In this document: one piece after another, positions 1-7,051 of the stretch
Layout: every line of letters starts with the position of its first letter
How positions within the stretch are numbered: position 1 is the first letter of the stretch
Position numbers and translations under genes: made by a program
Notes under the pieces: generated by a model
Database searches by the model: none
Seen by the model: the letters and a program-made list of their open reading frames with translations, nothing else
What the model was told of the DNA's origin: nothing
Sequence record: MK238400.1
DNA length: 40,000 nt
Direction: 5' to 3' (one strand)
Origin: CrAssphage ZA

Positions 1-117
1 ATGATGATTAAAAAATTGAATGTATTGATGTGATAGTGAGGCTAGTGAGTATAAGGGGTGGGTCATTAAATTGGACTTGACTACCCCCGTCAAGTTCTAG
101 GAGAAAGTAAAGTTCTC

Positions 118-146
118 GCTCTCATTATCAACATTAAATATTTTGA
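118..146 (+). promoter_or_regulatory. Promoter-like repeat, copy 1 (CTCATTATCAACATTAAATATTTTGAG)
   Basis: Shares CTCATTATCAACATTAAATA with copies at 362-393 and 1305-1335; ends in a TAnnTTG box resembling the Bacteroides -7 element TAnnTTTG. Confidence 0.45.
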
Positions 147-190
147 GATTATTCATCTCATTACATTACTAACTATTAATACCAATCATT

Positions 191-346
191 ATGAGAACAA
201 ACAAACCATTGTTGTTAGTTGCTATCATACTGATGATGCCAGCTATCATACTAGCATTGAAAGTAGAGCCAACTAGTGATGAACAGATTACTGCTGTTGT
301 ATTTGGAATACTATCGGCTATTGTTAGTTATCTTAGTAGAGATTAA
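191..346 (+). CDS. Small membrane protein (51 aa, two hydrophobic segments)
   Basis: ATG...TAA ORF MRTNKPLLLVAIILMMPAIILALKVEPTSDEQITAVVFGILSAIVSYLSRD, below the length cutoff of the supplied track; lies between promoter-like copies 1 and 2. Confidence 0.55.
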   Translation: MRTNKPLLLVAIILMMPAIILALKVEPTSDEQITAVVFGILSAIVSYLSRD

Positions 347-361
347 TCTCTACTAGATGAT

Positions 362-393
362 GTTGCTCATTATCAACATTAAATACTTTGCAG
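362..393 (+). promoter_or_regulatory. Promoter-like repeat, copy 2
   Basis: GTTGCTCATTATCAACATTAAATACTTTGCAG, directly upstream of the 275-aa ORF. Confidence 0.45.
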
Positions 394-456
394 TTGAAAC
401 GAAAACAACTGTCAGTAATGCTACTGATTAGCGTAATTAAATTCTTAATAGTCATG

Positions 457-1215
457 CCAGACGTTAAAGATTTTGCACAAGCTGCACAAGGTGGTGCTGC
501 TGCTCCCAAGAATGTTAACGTAGTTAATCCAACTACTAGTGTTAACCAACCTGTTCAACCTACTGTTGATACAGATAACCAAAATTCTGCGCAAGTGGAA
601 ATCATTGATGATGTTGTTAAACGCATCTGTGCTGATGGTCATAGTTATGTAATGACTACTGTCATTACTAATATTGATTGTCAAGAACGTACAGGTCGTA
701 ATGGCAATTCTTATCTCAATGCGTTTGTTACTATTGCTAGTCCTGTCAAAGGTGCTCAAAGTATGCCTGATGGTACACATCGAATGGGTATGCTTGGTGC
801 TATTCAGATGCCATTCAATCAGATACTGCTTGTAATGCGCAAAGACAAGTTCTACGGTAGATTTGTCAACTATGTTGGCGAAGCTGCTGAAGCTGCTGAA
901 GCTGATTTTGCTAGTATGTATCTGACTGGTGTTGTTGTCAAAGTTCTTTGCCAGTTTGTACCTGCTGGTGTACAAGACCGTAATCCATTTACTCGTAAAG
1001 ATAATCTTTACAATGTTGTGGATTATGATAGATATGTATATCATATTGTAGGTATCGAACAGCCTGCTGACCCTGTTCTTGTTGGTGCATATAATGTACT
1101 TATCAAGCAGATTATGGAGGATGCTCGTGCTGCCATTGCTGCAAAGCGTGAGGCTAAAGCTAAAGCAGCTAGTTTTGTTGCTACTGTAATGAATGATGAC
1201 GACATACCATTCTAA
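457..1215 (+). CDS. Phage protein with bacterial-SSB-like C-terminal tip (possible ssDNA-binding protein)
   Basis: Supplied ORF starts with TTG at 388; ATGs at 418 and 457 are more likely starts. The protein ends ...VATVMNDDDIPF, identical over DDDIPF to the E. coli SSB tip. Confidence 0.6.
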   Translation, partial: PDVKDFAQAAQGGAAAPKNVNVVNPTTSVNQPVQPTVDTDNQNSAQVEIIDDVVKRICADGHSYVMTTVITNIDCQERTGRNGNSYLNAFVTIASPVKGAQSMPDGTHRMGMLGAIQMPFNQILLVMRKDKFYGRFVNYVGEAAEAAEADFASMYLTGVVVKVLCQFVPAGVQDRNPFTRKDNLYNVVDYDRYVYHIVGIEQPADPVLVGAYNVLIKQIMEDARAAIAAKREAKAKAASFVATVMNDDDIPF

Positions 1216-1224
1216 TGAACATGA

Positions 1225-1250
1225 CGCTACTGACCTTCGGGTTGGTAGCG
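1225..1250 (+). terminator. UUCG-capped hairpin, probable intrinsic terminator
   Basis: CGCTACTGACC-TTCG-GGTTGGTAGCG, 11-bp stem with two G.U wobbles, followed by TTTGTGTT, 10 nt after the stop codon. Confidence 0.75.
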
Positions 1251-1304
1251 TTTGTGTTATCAACAATAGTTTTGCTGATGCTGTTGCTAGTGTTCAACAT
1301 GGAA

Positions 1305-1335
1305 ATGCTCATCATCAACATTAAATAGATTGCAG
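1305..1335 (+). promoter_or_regulatory. Promoter-like repeat, copy 3
   Basis: ATGCTCATCATCAACATTAAATAGATTGCAG, about 85 nt upstream of the ORF at 1420. Confidence 0.45.
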
Positions 1336-1419
1336 CAAACGAACTTAACAGTCTGATAAGTCTTATCAGTCATGAACTAGCTGCAAGTTCTGATAAGCCT
1401 TGTCCTAATATTAAACATT

Positions 1420-1725
1420 ATGAAAGTACATCGTATTATTACTACTATTGAAGTTGAGAATGATAATTCTATTACTTCTGTTGAACTTATTAAACTTAGT
1501 CTTGATGATATTAAACATCCTCTTGTTATTACTAATATAACAACTAATGGTAGTGCTAATGATATCAAACAAGTATATGATAGTATCGATAAACATAGAT
1601 TAGCTATTGCTATTAAACTAAAAAGTATCGTTCGTTATATTAATGAAAGTCTTGATAATCATGAACGTGATGAAATTACTGATAATAATTCTACTAATGA
1701 AACTAATGATGATTTATTCCTATAA
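1420..1725 (+). CDS. Hypothetical protein (101 aa)
   Basis: ORF with the phage's T-ending codon bias; ATG start. Confidence 0.7.
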   Translation: MKVHRIITTIEVENDNSITSVELIKLSLDDIKHPLVITNITTNGSANDIKQVYDSIDKHRLAIAIKLKSIVRYINESLDNHERDEITDNNSTNETNDDLFL

Positions 1726-1737
1726 CATTTTGTTATA
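1721..1737. promoter_or_regulatory. 17-bp palindrome TATAAC-N5-GTTATA
   Basis: TATAACATTTTGTTATA; same design as the array at 2088-2148. Confidence 0.5.
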
Positions 1738-1764
1738 CTGATATTGGTCATGGAGATTTACTCT

Positions 1765-1781
1765 CATAACAAAAAGTTATA
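1765..1781. promoter_or_regulatory. 17-bp near-palindrome CATAAC-N5-GTTATA
   Basis: CATAACAAAAAGTTATA; exactly 44 bp (4 x 11) downstream of the copy at 1721. Confidence 0.45.
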
Positions 1782-2087
1782 GAGGTGAAATTAGAGGTGA
1801 CGAGAGGTATTGAATGTGGAGAAAGAGGATATGGAGATGAAAGTGGTGAATGTAGAGTTCGTGGAGAATGAAATGGTGGAGTTGGATGTGGTTCAAATAG
1901 GGTTAAATTGAGGTTGAATGTGGAGATGAGAGTGATTGTGGTAGTGGTGAATGTGGAGATAAGTGTGGAGATGGTCATGCTAAAGGAACTAGTCCTGCTG
2001 GTATTCTTCCTAATCCTCTTCATCCTCCTAATAACACTCCTAATAATCAATCTAAACCTATTGTTCCAACTCTTTCTCCTATTTCAT

Positions 2088-2148
2088 TATAACTTTTCGT
2101 TATAATCTCTATAACATCTAGTTATATCTCCTATAACCTCTAGTTATA
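2088..2148. repeat. Array of six alternating TATAAC/GTTATA half-sites at 11-bp spacing (iteron/operator-like)
   Basis: TATAAC ttttc GTTATA atctc TATAAC atcta GTTATA tctcc TATAAC ctcta GTTATA; starts at 2088, 2099, 2110, 2121, 2132 and 2143. Confidence 0.8.
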
Positions 2149-2335
2149 CCACTATCAGTTTCAGTCATAGCATCATCATCTCAATCTCATTGACGTTCGT
2201 CATGACGATTAGTCATACAATCGTCATTAAGACTAATTCTAACAGTATTATCAAGTCTAATAAGACTTCTAGTCATAATGACTAATAGCATTAGTTCTAG
2301 TTAATAATAGCACTATTAATATTATCAGTATTATA

Positions 2336-2512
2336 ATGACTATTAATACTAGTCATGCTAATATTGCTGGTGGTATTACTAATGATATTCTTAATATTCT
2401 TGATATTACTGATTCTCTTTATACTAATGATACTCTTGATACTATTGATATTTATTATACTCGTGGTAAGTTAATTCCTATTGCTATAATGATTTTAGTT
2501 ATTTTAATATAG
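2336..2512 (+). CDS. Possible small protein (58 aa)
   Basis: ATG...TAG: MTINTSHANIAGGITNDILNILDITDSLYTNDTLDTIDIYYTRGKLIPIAIMILVILI; codon usage matches neighbours but it is short. Confidence 0.35.
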   Translation: MTINTSHANIAGGITNDILNILDITDSLYTNDTLDTIDIYYTRGKLIPIAIMILVILI

Positions 2513-2653
2513 CTATTGATTATTAGTTAGAATTATAGTATAAATAAATTATAATATATTTGGAGTATTATATTTAATTGTTATATTTGTCGTGTTGTTC
2601 AGTAGAGTAATATTGCTACTGATAATAATATTAATCTTAAACTTATAAGTGTT

Positions 2654-3280
2654 ATGGTAAATTTTGATAATGTTACTAGTAATGTTCAATCTAAGCCTAG
2701 AAAGAAAACTATGGCTGAAAGTTTAGAAGAAGCTAAACAAGAAGGTAAACTTGTTATTCCTGAAGAAGATACACAAGTTAATGCTGTTGTTAGTAGTGAA
2801 ACTGTTCAGACTAAGAATAAAGCTAGGAAGAAAAAACAAAGTAAAGTTCGTAAACAGGAAGAACAAACTACTGTTGTTAGTCAAGCTAATGAAGATAATG
2901 ATTTTAAAGATGCTAAGACTGATAAACGTGGTGTTCCTGTTGGAATTAATGTTCCTCAACATATTCTTAATGTAGTTTGTATTGTTAAATTCAATGCTGC
3001 ATTTAGACGTCATACTTCTCTTAATATTCTTCATACTCTTGAAGATGATGGAAGAATATATAATGCTAAAGGTGCTTATGTTGACTTCTTATGGAATAAG
3101 TTTAGAGTTACTGCTGATGGTGGTCTTCGTAGAGAATATAGATATACAGATGATTTATTTATTGATGCTTTAGTTAAAGCTCATGCTGATGTTGCTAGTG
3201 ATAGCCAACGAGTTATTGGTATTATGATTGATACTGAAACTGAACTTCATAAAAAGAATAAAGATTCTGAAGCTAACTAA
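2654..3280 (+). CDS. Hypothetical protein (208 aa), lysine-rich N-terminal region
   Basis: Intact ORF with phage-like codon bias. Confidence 0.8.
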   Translation: MVNFDNVTSNVQSKPRKKTMAESLEEAKQEGKLVIPEEDTQVNAVVSSETVQTKNKARKKKQSKVRKQEEQTTVVSQANEDNDFKDAKTDKRGVPVGINVPQHILNVVCIVKFNAAFRRHTSLNILHTLEDDGRIYNAKGAYVDFLWNKFRVTADGGLRREYRYTDDLFIDALVKAHADVASDSQRVIGIMIDTETELHKKNKDSEAN

Positions 3281-3293
3281 GTTTGTAGTATAG

Positions 3294-3312
3294 ACTCCCC
3301 GTAGAGGATGGA
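3294..3312 (+). repeat. Dispersed GC-rich repeat, forward orientation (ACTCCCCGTAGAGGATGGA)
   Basis: Exact copy just after the stop at 3280; inverted partner at 3421. Confidence 0.9.
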
Positions 3313-3420
3313 TAGTGCTGTTGAGCTTATTAAAGCTAATTCTCATTTGCTTGTCATTTTCTACATTTTCTTGCCATTTTGTTTATTGGGTTTGTTATAG
3401 TTAATAATGTTGATGATAAT

Positions 3421-3437
3421 CATCCTCTACTCGGAGT
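3421..3437 (-). repeat. Dispersed GC-rich repeat, reverse orientation, degenerate
   Basis: CATCCTCTACTCGGAGT, two mismatches to the core; inverted relative to 3294-3312. Confidence 0.7.
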
Positions 3438-3456
3438 TTATTTTATATATAAAGAT

Positions 3457-3636
3457 ATGGAAAGAACTGATATTTATTTTGTTGAAGATGATACATATTT
3501 CAATAATAATGTTGAAGGTGTTGAAATTCATGCAGAATGTCTAAGTCAAGATTTTGACGATATTGCTTGGGAACCAATAGTTGATGATAGTCCTATTGTT
3601 GACCCTGAAAATGATGTTTTTGGTTATTATGATTAA
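3457..3636 (+). CDS. Hypothetical acidic protein
   Basis: Supplied ORF begins with TTG at 3379; the first in-frame ATG is 3457 (MERTDIYFVEDDTYF...). Confidence 0.6.
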   Translation: MERTDIYFVEDDTYFNNNVEGVEIHAECLSQDFDDIAWEPIVDDSPIVDPENDVFGYYD

Positions 3637-3648
3637 ATAAATAAAATT

Positions 3649-4221
3649 ATGGAAAATATTAATATTAAAGTTATTCTTGATGAAGTTTTTGGTAAATCTT
3701 GTGATAGTATTACTTGTGATACCTGTAAATATAAAGAAGATTGCGAACTTATTAATAAATTCATTAATGATATTAAAGATAAAGGTTTATCTCCAGACCA
3801 ATATGTTAGAGGTTTAGCTTTATTTGTATATGTTCTTAAAGAACAAAAATATCTTAATGATTTTGGTAAAACTCAAGAAGATATTATTAAACTTGCTACT
3901 GAAGATGGATTTGAACTTGATTGGCTTATTAATCGTTGGGATAGTATAATTGAAGATAAAGATATTCTTAAACCTATTATTGCTGTTTTTCCTAAATATG
4001 CTAAAGATATGATTATTAATATTGTTAACGCTAATACTGAAATTAATCATTTGATTGCTCAACATATTATTGATACTTCTAATGCAGAATATAAGGAAAT
4101 AATTAAAATGGTTAATCAATCTGTTGATAATAATAAACAAGAGAATAAGTTTAAGAATTTTAGCGATGATGAAATTTATGCTGAACTTAAACGTAGAAAA
4201 GTAAATAAATCTGCTAAATAA
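3649..4221 (+). CDS. Hypothetical protein (190 aa) with Cys cluster (CDTCKYKEDC)
   Basis: Intact ORF, ATG start. Confidence 0.8.
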   Translation: MENINIKVILDEVFGKSCDSITCDTCKYKEDCELINKFINDIKDKGLSPDQYVRGLALFVYVLKEQKYLNDFGKTQEDIIKLATEDGFELDWLINRWDSIIEDKDILKPIIAVFPKYAKDMIINIVNANTEINHLIAQHIIDTSNAEYKEIIKMVNQSVDNNKQENKFKNFSDDEIYAELKRRKVNKSAK

Positions 4222-4248
4222 TCCCACATAAGTTTTTGATTGTATTTC

Positions 4249-4280
4249 TAATACTACTGTCTGTGAAGATAGTAGTATTA
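4249..4280 (+). ncRNA. Structured hairpin H1 (GUGA-capped)
   Basis: AATACTACTGTCT-GTGA-AGATAGTAGTATT plus a closing T-A; 13-bp stem, one G.U; apex shared with H2/H3. Confidence 0.6.
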
Positions 4281-4365
4281 TTTCACTTGCTGATGATGGA
4301 GGAATTGAACTCCGAAACTATGATATTGTTATTATCCGTTTTAATTTCTAAAATTGTTAGGTTTG

Positions 4366-4397
4366 TAATAGTACAGTCTGTGAAGATAGTGCTATTA
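4366..4397 (+). ncRNA. Structured hairpin H2 (GUGA-capped)
   Basis: AATAGTACAGTCT-GTGA-AGATAGTGCTATT; two G.U wobbles and one A.A mismatch. Confidence 0.55.
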
Positions 4398-4529
4398 ATA
4401 TTTATCATAGTCCAAGTGTTATATGTCATATTTATTTTGGTGTTAATAATGTTATTATTGATTGTGAAATTAGTAATAATGATGTCTATGTCAAACATTT
4501 CGTTTATATGATTTCGTATTTGTAGATTT

Positions 4530-4566
4530 GCCTAGTATTGTCTGTGAAGATAGTGCTAGGCTTTTT
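4530..4566 (+). terminator. Structured hairpin H3 (GUGA-capped) followed by TTTTT
   Basis: GCCTAGTATTGTCT-GTGA-AGATAGTGCTAGGC-TTTTT; 14-bp stem with three G.U. Confidence 0.75.
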
Positions 4567-4602
4567 AGTATGTATATTATTAACTTTAAATATATAATTA
4601 AA

Positions 4603-4965
4603 ATGGATAATTATGATTCTTTTATTTTCGATGGTCTATTAGATAGATACATTGAAGAACAAGCTAAGTTTAAAAAAGGACAAGTAGTTTATATGGAATA
4701 TACTTATCAATATCATAATCAAACTAAGCTTGGTGTTTGTGTTGGTATTGTAACCGAAGTTGGAATTACTAAAATCGAACGTACAGTAGGTAATAATAAA
4801 TATATTAATTATCCTATTGTATATGCTGTAACTCATGCTAAAGGTGTTAGTCGTTGTGTTAGTGAATGTAAACTTGGTTCTGTATCTGAACATATTCTTA
4901 AAGAACGTCTTAAACGTGATAGTAAGAATAATGAACAGAATAATGAGGCTGCTACAAATGACTAG
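4603..4965 (+). CDS. Hypothetical protein
   Basis: Supplied ORF starts with TTG at 4528 inside hairpin H3; ATG at 4603 (MDNYDSFIFDGLLDRYIEEQ...) is the likely start. Confidence 0.7.
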   Translation: MDNYDSFIFDGLLDRYIEEQAKFKKGQVVYMEYTYQYHNQTKLGVCVGIVTEVGITKIERTVGNNKYINYPIVYAVTHAKGVSRCVSECKLGSVSEHILKERLKRDSKNNEQNNEAATND

Positions 4966-4989
4966 CTATTTACGCTCATGTACATTCAC

Positions 4990-5073
4990 AGATACGGTTC
5001 TTTTGCTCTCTGTTGAATTTTCATATATAATCTGATTAATCTATCACGATTAATATTGAGTTCAATACAGGGC
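4990..5073 (+). promoter_or_regulatory. Three-copy leader element, copy A
   Basis: GATACGGTTCTTTTGCTCTCTGTTGAATTTT...GATTAATCTATCACGAT...TTCAATACAGGGC; arms 5005-5017 and 5061-5073 pair. Confidence 0.6.
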
Positions 5074-5123
5074 AAAAGAACTAGCTAATAGATGTTAAAC
5101 TAAAAATTTAATACAGTTTTGTT

Positions 5124-5696
5124 ATGAATTATATTACTTATAAGAATATTGATAGTACTATTACAACTGGATTTAAAGTTAAACTTTATGATATAGTTAC
5201 TTTGAATACTGGTTATTGGAAAGATAAACTTGCTATTGTTCTATATATTAATGAGGATAAAAAACAAATTAAAGTTCGTATTATTGAATGTGGTATGAAC
5301 TTAACTCTTAAAGTTAAAGATGTTCAATTTGTTAATCATAATAATAGAACTGCTGCTCGTTCTTATATTGATTTATGTAATAAACTATCTAAAACCTTTC
5401 GTGATAAATATACTGATAAACAGTATATAAAAGATAATTGGTTTACTGATAAGTTTATTATTAATGATATAACTGCTGATACTATTGCTAAAGGCATTGG
5501 TCAATATATTACTAATACTGATAGTGATAGATATTCTGTTAGTGCTATTATATGGCTTAGTGATATTAAAGATTATATAGATGCTTTACTTAAATATGGT
5601 GATTTTGATTTTGTTGCTAAAGCATTTAAAATCTATAATATTACTGATACTAGATTTGAACTTATTCGTAAACTTTATCATTATTTTTATGATTGA
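5124..5696 (+). CDS. Hypothetical protein (190 aa)
   Basis: Intact ORF; stop overlaps the ATG of the next gene. Confidence 0.8.
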   Translation: MNYITYKNIDSTITTGFKVKLYDIVTLNTGYWKDKLAIVLYINEDKKQIKVRIIECGMNLTLKVKDVQFVNHNNRTAARSYIDLCNKLSKTFRDKYTDKQYIKDNWFTDKFIINDITADTIAKGIGQYITNTDSDRYSVSAIIWLSDIKDYIDALLKYGDFDFVAKAFKIYNITDTRFELIRKLYHYFYD

Positions 5697-5949
5697 AAAT
5701 GTTACTCAATATGTTCTTGGAATTTGTATTGGATGTATTTTATATCTTATTTATGAAGTATTTAGTCTATATAAAAAGATTGAACGAATTAATATAGATA
5801 TTAATAAACTTCAAATTAAAGATATAGAATTTCATCGTAATATTGAATTTATTATTAATGATAGTGAATATAATAAAGAAGTTCTTGAACATTTTATTGA
5901 TAAACTTAATAAACTTAATGATAGTATTAAAGCGAAAGTTGATGACTAG
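5689..5949 (+). CDS. Small membrane protein with N-terminal TM and coiled-coil-like tail (86 aa)
   Basis: Supplied ORF over-extended to 5581; MIENVTQYVLGICIGCILYLIYEVFSLYKKIERINIDINK... starts at 5689 and overlaps the upstream stop. Confidence 0.65.
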   Translation: MIENVTQYVLGICIGCILYLIYEVFSLYKKIERINIDINKLQIKDIEFHRNIEFIINDSEYNKEVLEHFIDKLNKLNDSIKAKVDD

Positions 5950-5955
5950 CTTGCT

Positions 5956-5974
5956 TCCATCCTCTACGGGGGGT
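5956..5974 (-). repeat. Dispersed GC-rich repeat, reverse orientation (TCCATCCTCTACGGGGGGT)
   Basis: Just after the stop at 5949; followed by GGAGCGTAGCGTAGTGGCTCTACTAATC, related to the flank at 28321. Confidence 0.9.
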
Positions 5975-6037
5975 CGCCACGGAGCGTAGCGTAGTGGCTC
6001 TACTAATCTTAATGTTATTAATTTAAATACTATTGAT

Positions 6038-6226
6038 ATGAGTAAAAGTATTGATTTGATATTACTTATTGCTATTTGTATTGTTATGTTAGCTATTCAT
6101 ATTATTGCATATGCTCATATACATTTTGGAGAAAATGGTGATGAACAAATAAGTTTGGCTATTGTAAGAGATATTATTGTTGTTATAATTTATCTTTTTC
6201 TTAAATATATAATTATTAATCTTTAA
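6038..6226 (+). CDS. Small membrane protein (62 aa)
   Basis: Two strongly hydrophobic segments; ATG start. Confidence 0.65.
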   Translation: MSKSIDLILLIAICIVMLAIHIIAYAHIHFGENGDEQISLAIVRDIIVVIIYLFLKYIIINL

Positions 6227-6241
6227 AAACGTAAAATACTT

Positions 6242-6574
6242 ATGAAAAAGTATGATGAAGTTTCTGTTGTTCGTCAACTTAATAATGTTGGCGCTGTTAT
6301 TGGAATCAATCCTGCTAGTAAAGTTATTAAAGTAGCTAAAAATAGTGCTATTGGTAATGGAACTAGTGGTAAGATTGATTTTCTTTCTAATTATTGTGGT
6401 TATCATGTTGAGATTGTTGATGTTATTCAACAACAAAAAGAACGTGATGAAGAAATTGCTGCTAAGAAAGCTGCTAAAAAGGCTGCTCGTAAAGCTAAAT
6501 TTGCAGAGGATAATACTTTTAAAGGTATTACTCGTGCTGTTGATAAACGTATGCGTACTATTAAAAGAAAGTAG
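6242..6574 (+). CDS. Hypothetical basic protein with Ala/Lys-rich C-terminus
   Basis: Intact ORF with AAKKAAKKAARKAK segment. Confidence 0.75.
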   Translation: MKKYDEVSVVRQLNNVGAVIGINPASKVIKVAKNSAIGNGTSGKIDFLSNYCGYHVEIVDVIQQQKERDEEIAAKKAAKKAARKAKFAEDNTFKGITRAVDKRMRTIKRK

Positions 6575-6580
6575 TATGTT

Positions 6581-7051
6581 ATGGTTAGCTTTAAATTCTC
6601 ATTTGGAGTTGTAGGTAAATCCAAAGAGAAAGGAATAGTCAATAAATATGTTATTATAGTTGCTAAATGTGAAGGTATTATTAGATATATTGATGGTACT
6701 TATAAAGTAGAATATAATGGCAAGCTATATAGCATTACAGGTGAAAGTTATAGAACTAAAGGAAAGAAAATTGTTTATGCTCGTCGATTAGATGAATATA
6801 ATCATAGAATTAAAATTATAAGAGATAGTGAAAATAGAAAAACTGTTGATACTAGATTTTATATTCCTTTTGCTGCTGGACTTATAGCTAAAGGTAAAAT
6901 TGTTAAAATGCCTTTTGCTAAGGAATTGTTTCATATTACTACATGTTATAATCGTGGTGATAGTGAATCTACTATTTTAGCTTTTCAAGAATGGAAAGAA
7001 TATGAAGATAAAGTTAAAAATAATCTTATTGATGTAAACAACGAATTGTAA
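6581..7051 (+). CDS. Hypothetical protein (156 aa)
   Basis: Intact ORF; its stop overlaps the helicase start. Confidence 0.75.
   Translation: MVSFKFSFGVVGKSKEKGIVNKYVIIVAKCEGIIRYIDGTYKVEYNGKLYSITGESYRTKGKKIVYARRLDEYNHRIKIIRDSENRKTVDTRFYIPFAAGLIAKGKIVKMPFAKELFHITTCYNRGDSESTILAFQEWKEYEDKVKNNLIDVNNEL

Noticed and set aside
73-97. Hairpin GGACTTGAC-TACCCCC-GTCAAGTTC as a terminator or as a copy of the dispersed repeat
   Set aside because: No T-run follows, and the CCCCCGT similarity is too short to belong to the ACTCCCCGTAGAGGATGGA family.
1908-2105. 65-aa ORF MRLNVEMRVIVVVVNVE...
   Set aside because: Overlaps the skewed tract and part of the phased palindrome array; low complexity, no convincing initiation.
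4236-4511. 91-aa hydrophobic ORF MIVFLILLSVKIVVLFH...
   Set aside because: Spans hairpins H1 and H2; hydrophobicity is typical of the out-of-frame reading of this genome's GTT/ATT/GAT-rich DNA.
4249-4566. Three identical 15-mers as a CRISPR-like array
   Set aside because: Only three copies, irregular spacing (~117 and ~163 nt), short repeat and flanking stems that vary; no cas genes.
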